Source: Pseudomonadota bacterium (GTDB lineage Bacteria > Bdellovibrionota_B > Oligoflexia > Oligoflexales > RGVZ01). Taken from it: a stretch of DNA of 64,000 bases. Of this stretch, positions 48,820 to 58,833 are shown one piece after another (the stretch's first letter is position 1; each line of letters starts with the position of its first letter). The DNA is taken from positions 32,001 through 96,000 of the forward strand of contig JBEGVZ010000119.1 of the NCBI GenBank assembly GCA_041178085.1. Direction: 5' to 3'. The position numbers and the translations under genes were made by a program. The notes under the pieces were generated by a model. It saw nothing but the letters and a program-made list of their open reading frames with translations, was not told where the DNA came from and made no database searches.

Positions 48820-49825
48820 GGCTGAGTTCTTTGATACTTGCACCGCCCTTTTTTCGCATGAGCAGGTACGGTACCAATCCAGTGAGGTTGAGCGCCAGCT
48901 GGCCAAGCATGATCACATTGAAGACGTTTGCGCCGCCGGTCAGACCGATGAGGGCAAATAGCTTTTCGAATGCAACGTGTCCGACGCCAAGACCGCCTGG
49001 CGCCACGGGAATCACAGTGGCGATCATGCCAAAAGGCAGCACGATCGCAAACTCTGACAATGCTGGCGTCTGGCCGGTAAGAACCGAGGTCGTATACCAG
49101 TAATAGGCAACGCCGGCGGACTGAATAACAACTGACACAGCCCATGCTCCCAGCAAATGCGCGGGGTGGTCGCGATAGGACCGCAGTGCTTCGTACACTT
49201 TGAGAATCAGCGCAAACAGGGGTCCGATCAACGGAATCTTGCGCCTCAGTAACCGGACAAAAGGATCCTTGCCCGGCTTATGCGGATAAAAAACGACACC
49301 CAGAAACGCCAACATGCCGAAGCAGCAAGCAGTGACTGCGCCAGCCATTGAAGCCAGGAACGGGCTACTCGAAACGCTGCGCATGAAAAACAGGCTAGCG
49401 ATTCCTGCAATCGAGAACAAACCCATCAAACCGACCACACGGTCGAGTACGATTGCGATGGCAGAAGCTGTGCGCTTCTGACCGCGCTGGTCCCTGACCA
49501 CATACACGGCCTTCACAAGATCGCCGCTTACCGAGCCGGGCATGGTCGTGTTGAAAAACAACCCGACCATCTGAAGTTCTGCCGTGCGCCACCAAGGAGC
49601 CGGGACCTTCGCCCCGCGCAATAAAAGCCACCAACGGAAAGATCCAAGAGCAACTGGCACAAAAAGCCAGAACAAAACAGATACGATCAGGAAAGTCCGG
49701 TTCTGAGCAAAAATCGCAACTTCGGAAAGGTTCAACTTTCCGCCACTGATCATCCACCACAAAAGCGCTGCGACGAGCGTGACTTTGAGGGCGGTCGTGG
49801 CAAGATTTTTTATCTTCGCGCGCAT
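48806..49825 (-). CDS. lysylphosphatidylglycerol-synthase TM / flippase-like membrane protein
   Basis: RWWLLL, GLFFNTTMPG.V.GDLVKA, LDRVVGL, PVAPGGLGVG. Confidence 0.85.
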   Translation of the reverse strand: MRAKIKNLATTALKVTLVAALLWWMISGGKLNLSEVAIFAQNRTFLIVSVLFWLFVPVALGSFRWWLLLRGAKVPAPWWRTAELQMVGLFFNTTMPGSVSGDLVKAVYVVRDQRGQKRTASAIAIVLDRVVGLMGLFSIAGIASLFFMRSVSSSPFLASMAGAVTACCFGMLAFLGVVFYPHKPGKDPFVRLLRRKIPLIGPLFALILKVYEALRSYRDHPAHLLGAWAVSVVIQSAGVAYYWYTTSVLTGQTPALSEFAIVLPFGMIATVIPVAPGGLGVGHVAFEKLFALIGLTGGANVFNVIMLGQLALNLTGLVPYLLMRKKGGASIKELSHAVH

Positions 49826-49910
49826 CCTGGCGAGCTCCACACCGGCGGTCTAATTACCTGAACGGGAACGACCCGATCATACGCACCGCCGTGGATACTG
49901 GCCAGAATTT

Positions 49911-52076
49911 TCAGTCGTCGCTCGAGGCCTTACGCAAGCCTTCCCCGGTGATCGTAATCGCATCATGGGCTGTTGAGACCACGCCCGCTCCCAACACAAG
50001 ACGGCCACGCGCAAGCTCGAAGTCCTTGGTTTCCTTGCCATCAACCGTAACTTGCAGCTTCTTCAACCTGACGCGGGAGTCCTCGCGCCCAAGTTCCTCT
50101 GACAGGTCGAAGGTTGACCGCCTGGCGGTGATCGCCCTGTACGAGATCGACAGAGTCGCCCGGTCGCCAGGGTTACACTTGAACGATAAAGTCTTGCCCG
50201 TGACACTTACGTCTGACGTACAGGCACCCGGTGGATCCGCGGTCATGGTGAATGTTCCGTCCTCAGGGTAGTCCGCCAATTCCCAGGTTTGCTGGCTGTC
50301 CTCCTCACCGTAATCGAAGATCACCAGAACTTTGCGGAAGGGAGTCACTGAATCGCGCTCGAACACGACGGCGTCACCCGCGAAAGCCACCGGGATGTTC
50401 TCACCCGTGTCGACATCGGATGCTCGCACGGAATCGATCTTGGCAGGGCTGGAAAGGGACACGGGGTAAGACGTCGTGTAATCGCCCCTGACCCGGTACG
50501 AGACGGATATGCGCGCACCTTCCGCCGGTGGTGCCGGGAACTGTATCGTAGAACCGTCGGCCGACAGGGAGTAGTCCGCTGCGCCAGTGCCATTCACGTC
50601 AACCTTCACCGTCGCGGGAACGATGTCGGTGCGCCCAAGGCTAAAGGAGGTCTTCCAGGTCACTTTCTCCTTATAGCGCAGCTGGATCGCGGCGCGTTCA
50701 GGAGGTTGAGAGGAGAATCTGAGGGTCTTCGTCGCCGGATCAAAACTCCAGTCACTCTCTGGCAAAAGGACACCGTTGACCGTCACCTGAACCGTGTCTT
50801 CATCGGGCATCTTGGTCAGCGGGACAGAATCAAAGCGGGGAACACCACCTGACGAGTAAGTAACCACCAGGGTGGTGCGACCATCATTCGCCTGATCGAG
50901 TTTCAAAGTGTGCCCTGAAATCGTATAACCGGCGGAAAGCGACTCGCCGTCGACTGCCACCTGAAGCACACGCATGTCTGGGGCCTCGGCCAGCGAAAAC
51001 TCTTTGCTCACACTGCGACGGACATCCTGCGAAATGCGACGCAGTGTGGTGCTATAGTCAGCCTCACAGATCGAGCCGGCGATGCCACCGGTTGCCGCAA
51101 CCCCTTCCTGGTACTTCCACGCCTCGCCCAGTGCCGTACTGCAGCTGCGGTCGTTTGGAATCCAGTGAATGCCGTACAACTTGGCCCGGTCGGAGGGCCG
51201 GATCGTGCGCAGGAACTCGACCATTTCGGTTGCATTCTTGCCGTAGTCGAAAGCGCACGAACGGGAACCGTTGTTGCTGCCACAGTTATCCTCATCACTG
51301 ACGACCAAGACCGCGACAGTTGAACCAGGACGAATCCAAGGATTGGAGCTGCCGAGACATTCACCCTTGAGGGCGCGGATCGCCATCGGGTAGCCCTTCT
51401 CGACAACATTATTGTTCATGCCAACCGAAGCGGCCTCGCGAAACGCGGCATCCCGGTCAACGTCGTTCCTGCGAATAACGCGGCTAAGCCGCAGGCAGGG
51501 GCTCGACATGTTGATGACGCCAAGCTGCCAGTTTGTGTCGTCAATGGCAGAGGTGAGGGCGCCTAGCTTCTGGGAAAGGTTGGCTTGTTCCTCTTCCATC
51601 GAAGTCGAATTGTCCACGACCACAAGGATATCGAGGAGTCCTGCGCGGCTGACGGCGAAAGTCTCAGTGCGCACCGCGCCGTCGTGACCTTGAGTGAACG
51701 AATCGACTACATTATTACGGACCAACTGCCGGAACTCGGCGCGCGACTCAGGCTTCACCTGCATCGTCAGGTTTTCTTCTACTTCACCAAACGCAGGCCG
51801 GATCTGGACGGCAACGTCTTTGCGTTCGACCACTTGATCGTAACGGGTAAAAGAGAAAGGCTCCCATGCGTCACCGAAATCATCGGAGTAACCGGTCGAG
51901 GACGGGTCGAATCCGGCTCCCGGACCGGACATGTCGCCTGCAAGCGCGTCACTGCCCGCGCCCTGGACGCGGCTCCCGTTGGCAAACTCTGCCTCCTGGG
52001 AGCACGCATTCAAGCTGGCCGCGGCAACAAAAACCGCCATCTGAGCATGGGAAAAACGGAAATGTTTCTTTTTCAT
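49911..52076 (-). CDS. VWA/MIDAS-like lipoprotein with C-terminal Ig-like repeats
   Basis: LNAC lipobox; VVDNSTSM, VVSDEDN, SICEADY; repeated V.VNG...F...P...A.I...Y modules. Confidence 0.75.
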   Translation of the reverse strand: MKKKHFRFSHAQMAVFVAAASLNACSQEAEFANGSRVQGAGSDALAGDMSGPGAGFDPSSTGYSDDFGDAWEPFSFTRYDQVVERKDVAVQIRPAFGEVEENLTMQVKPESRAEFRQLVRNNVVDSFTQGHDGAVRTETFAVSRAGLLDILVVVDNSTSMEEEQANLSQKLGALTSAIDDTNWQLGVINMSSPCLRLSRVIRRNDVDRDAAFREAASVGMNNNVVEKGYPMAIRALKGECLGSSNPWIRPGSTVAVLVVSDEDNCGSNNGSRSCAFDYGKNATEMVEFLRTIRPSDRAKLYGIHWIPNDRSCSTALGEAWKYQEGVAATGGIAGSICEADYSTTLRRISQDVRRSVSKEFSLAEAPDMRVLQVAVDGESLSAGYTISGHTLKLDQANDGRTTLVVTYSSGGVPRFDSVPLTKMPDEDTVQVTVNGVLLPESDWSFDPATKTLRFSSQPPERAAIQLRYKEKVTWKTSFSLGRTDIVPATVKVDVNGTGAADYSLSADGSTIQFPAPPAEGARISVSYRVRGDYTTSYPVSLSSPAKIDSVRASDVDTGENIPVAFAGDAVVFERDSVTPFRKVLVIFDYGEEDSQQTWELADYPEDGTFTMTADPPGACTSDVSVTGKTLSFKCNPGDRATLSISYRAITARRSTFDLSEELGREDSRVRLKKLQVTVDGKETKDFELARGRLVLGAGVVSTAHDAITITGEGLRKASSDD

Positions 52077-52127
52077 GGCCCGGTTCCTCTATAAGCCGCC
52101 CCCCAAAAAGGCCGGGCGGATGTCGGG

Positions 52128-52155
52128 GGTTCGGAGGGCCGTCCAGCAGGCTTTA
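52128..52155 (-). promoter_or_regulatory. putative sigma28 promoter
   Basis: TAAA-N17-CCGA (TCCGAACC) on the minus strand. Confidence 0.5.
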
Positions 52156-52191
52156 AGAGTTTTTTACAGGCCAGGCAATTACGTTATGAAA

Positions 52192-52935
52192 TCAGGGACT
52201 TGAAGGTAAGCTTGGGGCGCCGGCAAGTTTCAGGAAATCCGCCGCCAAGTGATCCATTTGCGGGCCGGCGGTATTTGCGAAGGCGCCGTACCCAGAGGAA
52301 TGAAGTAGAAACTTCGGAGCAACATCAGGACTGGTTCGAGACCTCAGCAAATTGAAGAGTGTTTCCGCGTCATCGTGAACGACAAACGGCCGGCTGGCAT
52401 CGGTGACTGAATGTTGCGCGACCCAGACCGCCGGGTCGCCCCCGGAAACCACGGCAACAACCAGAACGCCGGTCGTGCCAGCAGGTAGCGCCCTCACATC
52501 CTGCATCAACCGGTCGACGCATTCAGCACAAGCAAAGGGCACCAGGTGGAACAGGGCCAGACGCACGTTGGAGTCCGCCATCAATTTGCAGAGGGATTTT
52601 GTCTGTCCGCCAGAAATAACTTTCCAGTCACCTGCCGGCAGCTTGACCAGCTTGTTATCAAGGGCCATCGACCGGGCTGCGGCGAGAAAAGATTCTAACC
52701 CAGGGTCCGTTCCGCACGGAGCATTGATCAAGCTCACACGCGAGTCCGCATAACCACCGGAACCGGATGACCCGCCAGATGGAATAACGCCCCTGGATTC
52801 CGGCGACCCACCGCGGATTTCTGGATCCTTCTCGCCCCGGCCAGCGACCCGGCACGCCTGAAGTCCGGCAAGCGATGCCAGCATCACAAGTCCAGCGAGT
52901 GCAAGCCAACCCACCCGGGACTGGATAAACGTCAT
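52192..52935 (-). CDS. lipoprotein with thioredoxin-like CxxC domain
   Basis: LQAC lipobox; FHLVPFACAECV followed by helix and beta strand; start uncertain. Confidence 0.55.
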   Translation of the reverse strand: MTFIQSRVGWLALAGLVMLASLAGLQACRVAGRGEKDPEIRGGSPESRGVIPSGGSSGSGGYADSRVSLINAPCGTDPGLESFLAAARSMALDNKLVKLPAGDWKVISGGQTKSLCKLMADSNVRLALFHLVPFACAECVDRLMQDVRALPAGTTGVLVVAVVSGGDPAVWVAQHSVTDASRPFVVHDDAETLFNLLRSRTSPDVAPKFLLHSSGYGAFANTAGPQMDHLAADFLKLAGAPSLPSSP

Positions 52936-52995
52936 TGTTAATGGGATGTTACAGGTCACAGTTCGTCTCCCGGAAGGACCAAAGGCCGCCCTCAC

Positions 52996-53023
52996 TCCTC
53001 GGCATTAGCCGGCAGGTCCTTGA
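52996..53023 (-). promoter_or_regulatory. putative sigma28 promoter
   Basis: TCAA-N17-CCGA (GCCGAGGA) on the minus strand. Confidence 0.45.
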
Positions 53024-53127
53024 GTAGGTGGGGGAACTCCCTGCCACCTTTCCTTGGCTTGCCATTTCATCGATGGGGGCATAAAACCGAAGTTTCTGGA
53101 ATCACGAAGGGAAAAGGGCGCTTTTTC

Positions 53128-54885
53128 ATGATGACCAACACAAAAAATAAAGACCTGCAGGCATGGGTGGACCAGGTTGCCAAGCTCACCAGACCGGATA
53201 AAGTCCACTGGTGCGACGGTAGCCAGGAGGAGTTTGAAAACCTCGTTCAAGAGATGCTTGCCGCAGGTACGCTGATTGAACTGAACGAGAAGACCCATCC
53301 CCGCTGCTACCTTCACCGCTCGAATCCAACCGACGTCGCCAGAACAGAACACCTGACCTTCATCTGCACCAGCAAACAAGAAGATGTCGGCCCGAATAAC
53401 AACTGGATGCCGGTTGCTGACGGGCACAAGAAAGTCGACACCCTCTTCGAAGGTTGCATGCGCGGCCGCACGATGTACGTGATTCCTTACTGCATGGGAC
53501 CGGTAGATTCTCCGCTTTCCCGCTGCGGAGTTGAAATCTCAGACAGCGCTTACGTCGTCGCCAACATGCGGATCATGACGCGGATGGGACGCAAGGCGCT
53601 TGACCGCATCGAACGTGAAAACCAATTTGTCCGCGGCCTGCATTCGACAGGTGACTTGAGTCCCGACCGCCGCTTCATCATGCACTTTCCGGAAGAACTG
53701 ATGATCAAGAGCATCGGTTCCGGATACGGCGGCAACGCCCTCCTTGGCAAGAAGTGCCACGCCCTGCGCCTTGGTAGCTGGCAGGCCCGCAAGGAAGGCT
53801 GGCTGGCAGAGCACATGCTGATCGTCGGGGTCGAGAATCCCGAGGGTGAAATCCATTACATCGCAGCAGCATTCCCTTCTGCCTGCGGCAAAACCAACAT
53901 GGCGATGATGATCCCGCCGGAAACCTACAAAGGCTGGAAAATCTGGACCGTGGGCGATGACATCGCGTGGATCCACCCGGGAGAAGACGGCCGCCTCTAT
54001 GCGATCAATCCAGAGGCCGGATACTTTGGTGTGGCGCCAGGTACCAGCAAAAACACCAACCCGACAGCTCTGGCGATGCTCAACCACGATGCTATTTTCA
54101 CCAACGTCGCCGTCACGAAAGAGGGACAGCCGTGGTGGGAGGGTCTGAGCAAGCCTGCACCGGAAGGCATGACCGACTGGCAGGGCAAGGCCTATCAGCC
54201 CGGGTCCGGCCCGGCAGCGCACCCGAACTCCCGCTTCACGGTGAGCGCAAAGCAGTGTCCGAGCTACACGACCAAGGCCGAAGAACCAAAAGGCGTTCCG
54301 TTGACGGCGATCGTCTTTGGTGGACGCCGCCGCGAACTTGCGCCGCTGGTCTTTGAAGCACTTGACTGGAATCACGGCGTGTTTGCCGGCGCGTCCGTTG
54401 CCTCGGAGACAACTGCCGCAGCGACAGGTAAAGTCGGCGTAGTCCGTCGGGACCCGATGGCCATGCAGCCTTTCTGCGGATACAACTTTGCTGATTACTG
54501 GACCCACTGGCTCAGCTTCGGCAAAAAGTACAAGAAGCTCCCAAAAATTTTCCACGTGAACTGGTTCCGTCAGAACAAGGACGGCGAGTTCCTGTGGCCA
54601 GGATTTGGTGACAACCTTCGGGTCATGCGCTGGATCATTGACCGCTGCAAGGGTGCGGGCGACGCACGTCGCACCGCAATTGGCTATCTGCCAGCAGAGA
54701 ACGCCATCGACACCCGCGGCCTGAACCTTTTGCCGGGCGCGATGCATGAGCTGCTCAGCGTCGACAAGGAAGCATGGAGCCACGAAGTAGGGGCTATCCG
54801 CGACTACTTCGCCCACTATGGCTCGCGGATGCCAAAGGAACTAGTTTCTGAATTGGACAGAATCGGAAAAGAACTTCAGTCCTGA
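53128..54885 (+). CDS. pckG: phosphoenolpyruvate carboxykinase (GTP)
   Basis: GSGYGGNALLGKKC, WLAEHM, FPSACGKTN, VGDDIAW, AHPNSRF. Confidence 0.97.
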   Translation: MMTNTKNKDLQAWVDQVAKLTRPDKVHWCDGSQEEFENLVQEMLAAGTLIELNEKTHPRCYLHRSNPTDVARTEHLTFICTSKQEDVGPNNNWMPVADGHKKVDTLFEGCMRGRTMYVIPYCMGPVDSPLSRCGVEISDSAYVVANMRIMTRMGRKALDRIERENQFVRGLHSTGDLSPDRRFIMHFPEELMIKSIGSGYGGNALLGKKCHALRLGSWQARKEGWLAEHMLIVGVENPEGEIHYIAAAFPSACGKTNMAMMIPPETYKGWKIWTVGDDIAWIHPGEDGRLYAINPEAGYFGVAPGTSKNTNPTALAMLNHDAIFTNVAVTKEGQPWWEGLSKPAPEGMTDWQGKAYQPGSGPAAHPNSRFTVSAKQCPSYTTKAEEPKGVPLTAIVFGGRRRELAPLVFEALDWNHGVFAGASVASETTAAATGKVGVVRRDPMAMQPFCGYNFADYWTHWLSFGKKYKKLPKIFHVNWFRQNKDGEFLWPGFGDNLRVMRWIIDRCKGAGDARRTAIGYLPAENAIDTRGLNLLPGAMHELLSVDKEAWSHEVGAIRDYFAHYGSRMPKELVSELDRIGKELQS

Positions 54886-54915
54886 TTCCAGCTTAAAAAC
54901 TCACTCATCTGACAC

Positions 54916-54948
54916 AAAGCCCGCTGTAACAAAATTACAGCGGGCTTT
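54916..54948 (+). terminator. Rho-independent terminator
   Basis: AAAGCCCGCTGTAA-CAAAA-TTACAGCGGGCTTT, perfect 14-bp stem. Confidence 0.85.
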
Positions 54949-55071
54949 CAGTTAATTCAGAGGCTTACCCCCTACTGGCTAAACCCACCTTCCGGGCAAC
55001 CAGGAAGTTTCTTGCCTTTGAACCAATTGGCACCCTCAGTAACCCCTTGAATCTGCCGAAATCCAAGGTAG

Positions 55072-58000
55072 ATGAACGCACGATTTCGACATCGATATCG
55101 GATGGATAGCCTTGGCCGGACCATGATGGTCTTAGGATTTTTTTTTCATGCTTCAGGGCTTGTCTCCTGTGGGCGGGCCTCAATCAAACCCACGGTTGCA
55201 TTCGGCCCGCCAATGGCCAGCCTTGAAGATGGCGGTGACGTTGCAAAAGTAAATGCAATGCTACCCCTGGAAGGGGCATATGTCGGTGCAACAGAGGCCG
55301 CCGCGCTGACCATCTCGGGTGTCTGCATTACAAGGTCGGTTGCTGTCACGATCTCCATAACGGGCTCGGGCATAAAGCAGACTGTCGCTTGTGATGAATT
55401 AAGCGGCGGGTTTAGCGCAAAAATTGATATCAGCAGCTTTCCAGATGGCGCGGTCGAAATCACAACCAGCTATCTTTCAAATCTAGTCAGTACACATCCC
55501 ATATTCCAATTCGTCCGGACTGTGATTAAAGACGCCACGCCCCCGTCAAACGGCACCTTCACACAATCGAAGCCACTTGCAAGCACTGGATTTTTGCTAG
55601 ACTGGAGTGCTGGCAGTGACAATATATCGCCCCCAGAAATGCTTCAGTACTATGTTTGCAGCGGGCCCTCCAGCACAGCGATTGACACCGTGGCTGAGTG
55701 CGAGAGCGCCACACAAGAGATGAACTGGATCGCAAACACACGGACGCTTGCGGTCACCGGAAAATCGGCTTCAACGACCTTGTATTTTAATGTCCTGGTC
55801 ATGGACGCTGCTGGCAACAAAGCTGGCTACAGTGGCAAATCACAGAAAACGAAAGGCGACACCAGCATCAGCGCGCTGGCCTCGCGCCGCGGCTCGCAGC
55901 GTTACACTTTCTTTGACTCCGTGAATCAAAGACACTGGGCCTTCTACAAGGACGGCGCAGTGATCAGGAGTATGTATTCCACCGACAATGTCGACTGGAC
56001 GCTGTCTAGCACAATCAATGTAGATACCCGCGAATTCTCTCTCACCTACAAATCAATTGGCGGGGTGGGCTACGCATTTGTCGTCATGGAGGAGAACTCC
56101 TGGGACATCACCATCCGGCGTGGGACCTTGGGCGCAACATCCGTCACCTTTGCCGCCCCCGTGACGGTCTATGATGGATCCGGGGTGAGTGATCGCTATC
56201 ACAATCCCACCATCGCTCTGGACGACAGCAATGTGTGGGTCGCAGCGTCACATTTTACGGGATTTAACTTCACGCTCAAGGCTCGCGAGTCGACCAATGC
56301 GGCTTCAGGGGATCTTTCGGCCTGGCAGGCCGCCTCCTCAATTGGCACACCATCGACACTCGGCAAAGACGCCGCTCTAGTCCCCAAGGGGGGCGGCGCC
56401 ATGTATCTTCTTTCGCAGCAGGAGAATCTGGTTGAAGGATTCGTCTTCAATGGGACGACATGGTCCGCAGCCAATACTGGAGGAGACTACGACTGGTTTA
56501 CTATTGCGGGATTTGGCGGAGCAGAAGGGAGCGAAGTCACAGTAATGAGAGTGGCTGCGGACGGCCTCTACGTAGGTGGTAACTTCGGAAATGCCGGAGG
56601 AAATGGGAAGGCCGACGCCATCGCACGCTGGGACGGGACAAGTTGGCACGCCCTTGGGAATGGCTTGAACGGCCAAGTCCTGGCCATCGCTGTATCAGGT
56701 AGCGACGTCTACGTCGGAGGGGGTTTCACAGACGCAGGTGGTGATTCAAAGGCTGACTACGTCGCACGTTGGGACGGGGCAAACTGGCACTCACTGGGGA
56801 CTGGCTTGAACAACTCGGTCCACGCAATTGCTGTTTCGAGCGAGGGTATCTACGCGGGAGGTACTTTTACTGACGCAGGAGGAAACGCTAATGCCGACGC
56901 GATTGCTCGTTGGGACGGATCCAACTGGAACGCCCTTGGCACCGGGCTTAACGACACAGTCGAGACCATCGCGTTGTCGGGCAGCGACGTCTATGCAGGG
57001 GGTGATTTCAGCAATGCCGGCGGCAACGCCGACGGGGATTTTATTGCCCGTTGGGATGGCACTGGCTGGCATCCTCTGGGGACAGGATTGAACGCGCGGG
57101 TGGAAGTGATCGAGATCCTTTACGGGATGATCTACGTCGGTGGAGCGTTCACTGACGCCGGGGGATTGTCCAACGCTGATTACATTGCTCGATGGGCATA
57201 CACAGGCTGGGACGCACTTGGCAACGGTTTGAATGACGTGGTTTTCGACATCAAAATCGTGGGTGGATCGCTCTATGCAGTTGGCAACTTCACAGATGCC
57301 GGGGGAGTTGCAAACGCTGATCGCGTCGCCATGTGGAACGGAGCCGTGTGGAGTGCCATCGGCACAGGCATACCTAACCCTCCGGTTTTTGCGGTTGCGG
57401 TCATCGGAACCTATGTCTACGTGGGAGGGAATTTTGTTTACGATTCCGCCACCGCCGAAACGATGATGCGTTGGAATGGATCAAGCTGGGAACGCATTGG
57501 CACAGGCATGACCGATCAAATCAATGCCGTCGCTGTATCAGGCAGCAATGTCTATGTCGGGGGTGCCTTCACGGATGCAGGCAACAATCCTGATGCAGAT
57601 TATATCGCCCGGTGGGACGGGACTGCTTGGCAGGCCCTCAACACCGGCTTGAACAATCCGGTTTATTCAATTTCCATATCTGGAACCGACGTATACGTCG
57701 GGGGTGAATTCACCGATGCAGGGGGCGACAATGACGCTGATCGGATTGCGCGCTGGACTGGTTCGGCGTGGGTACCACTTCTAACTGGTTTGAACAGCAC
57801 CGTGTATGCGATCGCCATCTCAGGATCAGATGTCTATGTCGGTGGCGATTTCACTGACGCTGGAGGAAATTCCAACGCTGACAAAATTTCACGCTGGAAT
57901 GGCTCGGCATGGAGTGCACTTGCATCAGGTGTTAATGCATCAGTCCGAGCCATCGCTGTCTCTGGCAGCAATGTCTATGCGGGAGGAAGTTTTACAGATG

Positions 58001-58830
58001 CGGGGGGAAATAGTAACGCAGACCGCATTGCGCGATGGAATGGCACCTCCTGGAATCCGCTTGGAACGGGTGTAAGCGCTGGAGAAGTTTATGCCATCGC
58101 GATTTCGGGAAGCGATGTTTATGTCGGAGGATCCTTCTCAAATGCTGGCGGAAATGCCGATGGTGACAATATCGCCCGATGGGACGGCACAAATTGGAAT
58201 GCGCTCAGCAAGGGCATGATTTCAGGAGTAAGAGCTCTCGCTGTATTGACTGACGGTATCTACGCCGGCGGTAACTTCCTGGACATCAAAAGTTCTGTGG
58301 CACGCTGGGACGGAAGTGCCTGGCAAGCTATCGGCACTGGCATGAACAACGATGAAGTTTTTGCCATCGGGAATTCTGGTAGCAATATCTTCTTTGGAAG
58401 TAGCCGTGGCTTTGCGACCTTGAAACCGGGGGGTTCCACAGGAGCCCGCGCCTATTCGGCGGTCACCGACAACGCCGGTAACCTGCACCTTGGCTGGGCC
58501 ACGGAAACAGGCGACATCGTGGGCCGGATCTTCGATGGCACTGGCAACACCTGGGGATCATCTACTTCGCTTTCTGGCATAAATGCACTTCGGGCGATCC
58601 TGTCGCACGACACGGCGTCAGACGATGTCTTCGCAATATGGGGCCAGGATGGCGCAATCAAATACAAGCGCTACAACGGCTCCTGGGACACCTCTGCAAG
58701 CAACCTCACGTCATCGGGAGCGATCTATCCCGTGTGCCATGCGGAAAGTGGTGGAAGCGCCATCGCCTGCTTATGGACGACCTACTCCAGCAGTATTTAT
58801 GAAATCACGGGTGGGGTAGTCACACCCTGA
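55072..58830 (+). CDS. large surface lipoprotein: Ig/FN3-like domains plus beta-propeller repeats
   Basis: LVSC lipobox; FN3-like LDWSAGSDN..YFNVLVMDAAGNK; 14 repeats of ~49 aa; start may be 55102 or 55123. Confidence 0.8.
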   Translation: MNARFRHRYRMDSLGRTMMVLGFFFHASGLVSCGRASIKPTVAFGPPMASLEDGGDVAKVNAMLPLEGAYVGATEAAALTISGVCITRSVAVTISITGSGIKQTVACDELSGGFSAKIDISSFPDGAVEITTSYLSNLVSTHPIFQFVRTVIKDATPPSNGTFTQSKPLASTGFLLDWSAGSDNISPPEMLQYYVCSGPSSTAIDTVAECESATQEMNWIANTRTLAVTGKSASTTLYFNVLVMDAAGNKAGYSGKSQKTKGDTSISALASRRGSQRYTFFDSVNQRHWAFYKDGAVIRSMYSTDNVDWTLSSTINVDTREFSLTYKSIGGVGYAFVVMEENSWDITIRRGTLGATSVTFAAPVTVYDGSGVSDRYHNPTIALDDSNVWVAASHFTGFNFTLKARESTNAASGDLSAWQAASSIGTPSTLGKDAALVPKGGGAMYLLSQQENLVEGFVFNGTTWSAANTGGDYDWFTIAGFGGAEGSEVTVMRVAADGLYVGGNFGNAGGNGKADAIARWDGTSWHALGNGLNGQVLAIAVSGSDVYVGGGFTDAGGDSKADYVARWDGANWHSLGTGLNNSVHAIAVSSEGIYAGGTFTDAGGNANADAIARWDGSNWNALGTGLNDTVETIALSGSDVYAGGDFSNAGGNADGDFIARWDGTGWHPLGTGLNARVEVIEILYGMIYVGGAFTDAGGLSNADYIARWAYTGWDALGNGLNDVVFDIKIVGGSLYAVGNFTDAGGVANADRVAMWNGAVWSAIGTGIPNPPVFAVAVIGTYVYVGGNFVYDSATAETMMRWNGSSWERIGTGMTDQINAVAVSGSNVYVGGAFTDAGNNPDADYIARWDGTAWQALNTGLNNPVYSISISGTDVYVGGEFTDAGGDNDADRIARWTGSAWVPLLTGLNSTVYAIAISGSDVYVGGDFTDAGGNSNADKISRWNGSAWSALASGVNASVRAIAVSGSNVYAGGSFTDAGGNSNADRIARWNGTSWNPLGTGVSAGEVYAIAISGSDVYVGGSFSNAGGNADGDNIARWDGTNWNALSKGMISGVRALAVLTDGIYAGGNFLDIKSSVARWDGSAWQAIGTGMNNDEVFAIGNSGSNIFFGSSRGFATLKPGGSTGARAYSAVTDNAGNLHLGWATETGDIVGRIFDGTGNTWGSSTSLSGINALRAILSHDTASDDVFAIWGQDGAIKYKRYNGSWDTSASNLTSSGAIYPVCHAESGGSAIACLWTTYSSSIYEITGGVVTP
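56530..58400 (+). repeat. 14 tandem ~147-bp coding repeats
   Basis: LGTGLN..V.AIA.SGSDVYVGG.FTDAGG...AD.IARWDG..W units; boundaries approximate. Confidence 0.85.
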
Positions 58831-58833
58831 TCT

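Noticed and set aside
53539..54816. Long antisense ORFs (also 5900-6964, 13575-14681, 37726-38757, 58963-60087, 60371-61273)
   Set aside because: Shadow ORFs opposite well-supported genes in GC-rich DNA, with no recognisable motifs.
56530..58400. CRISPR array or DGR-like repeats
   Set aside because: In-frame diverged coding repeats with no unique spacers and no reverse transcriptase.
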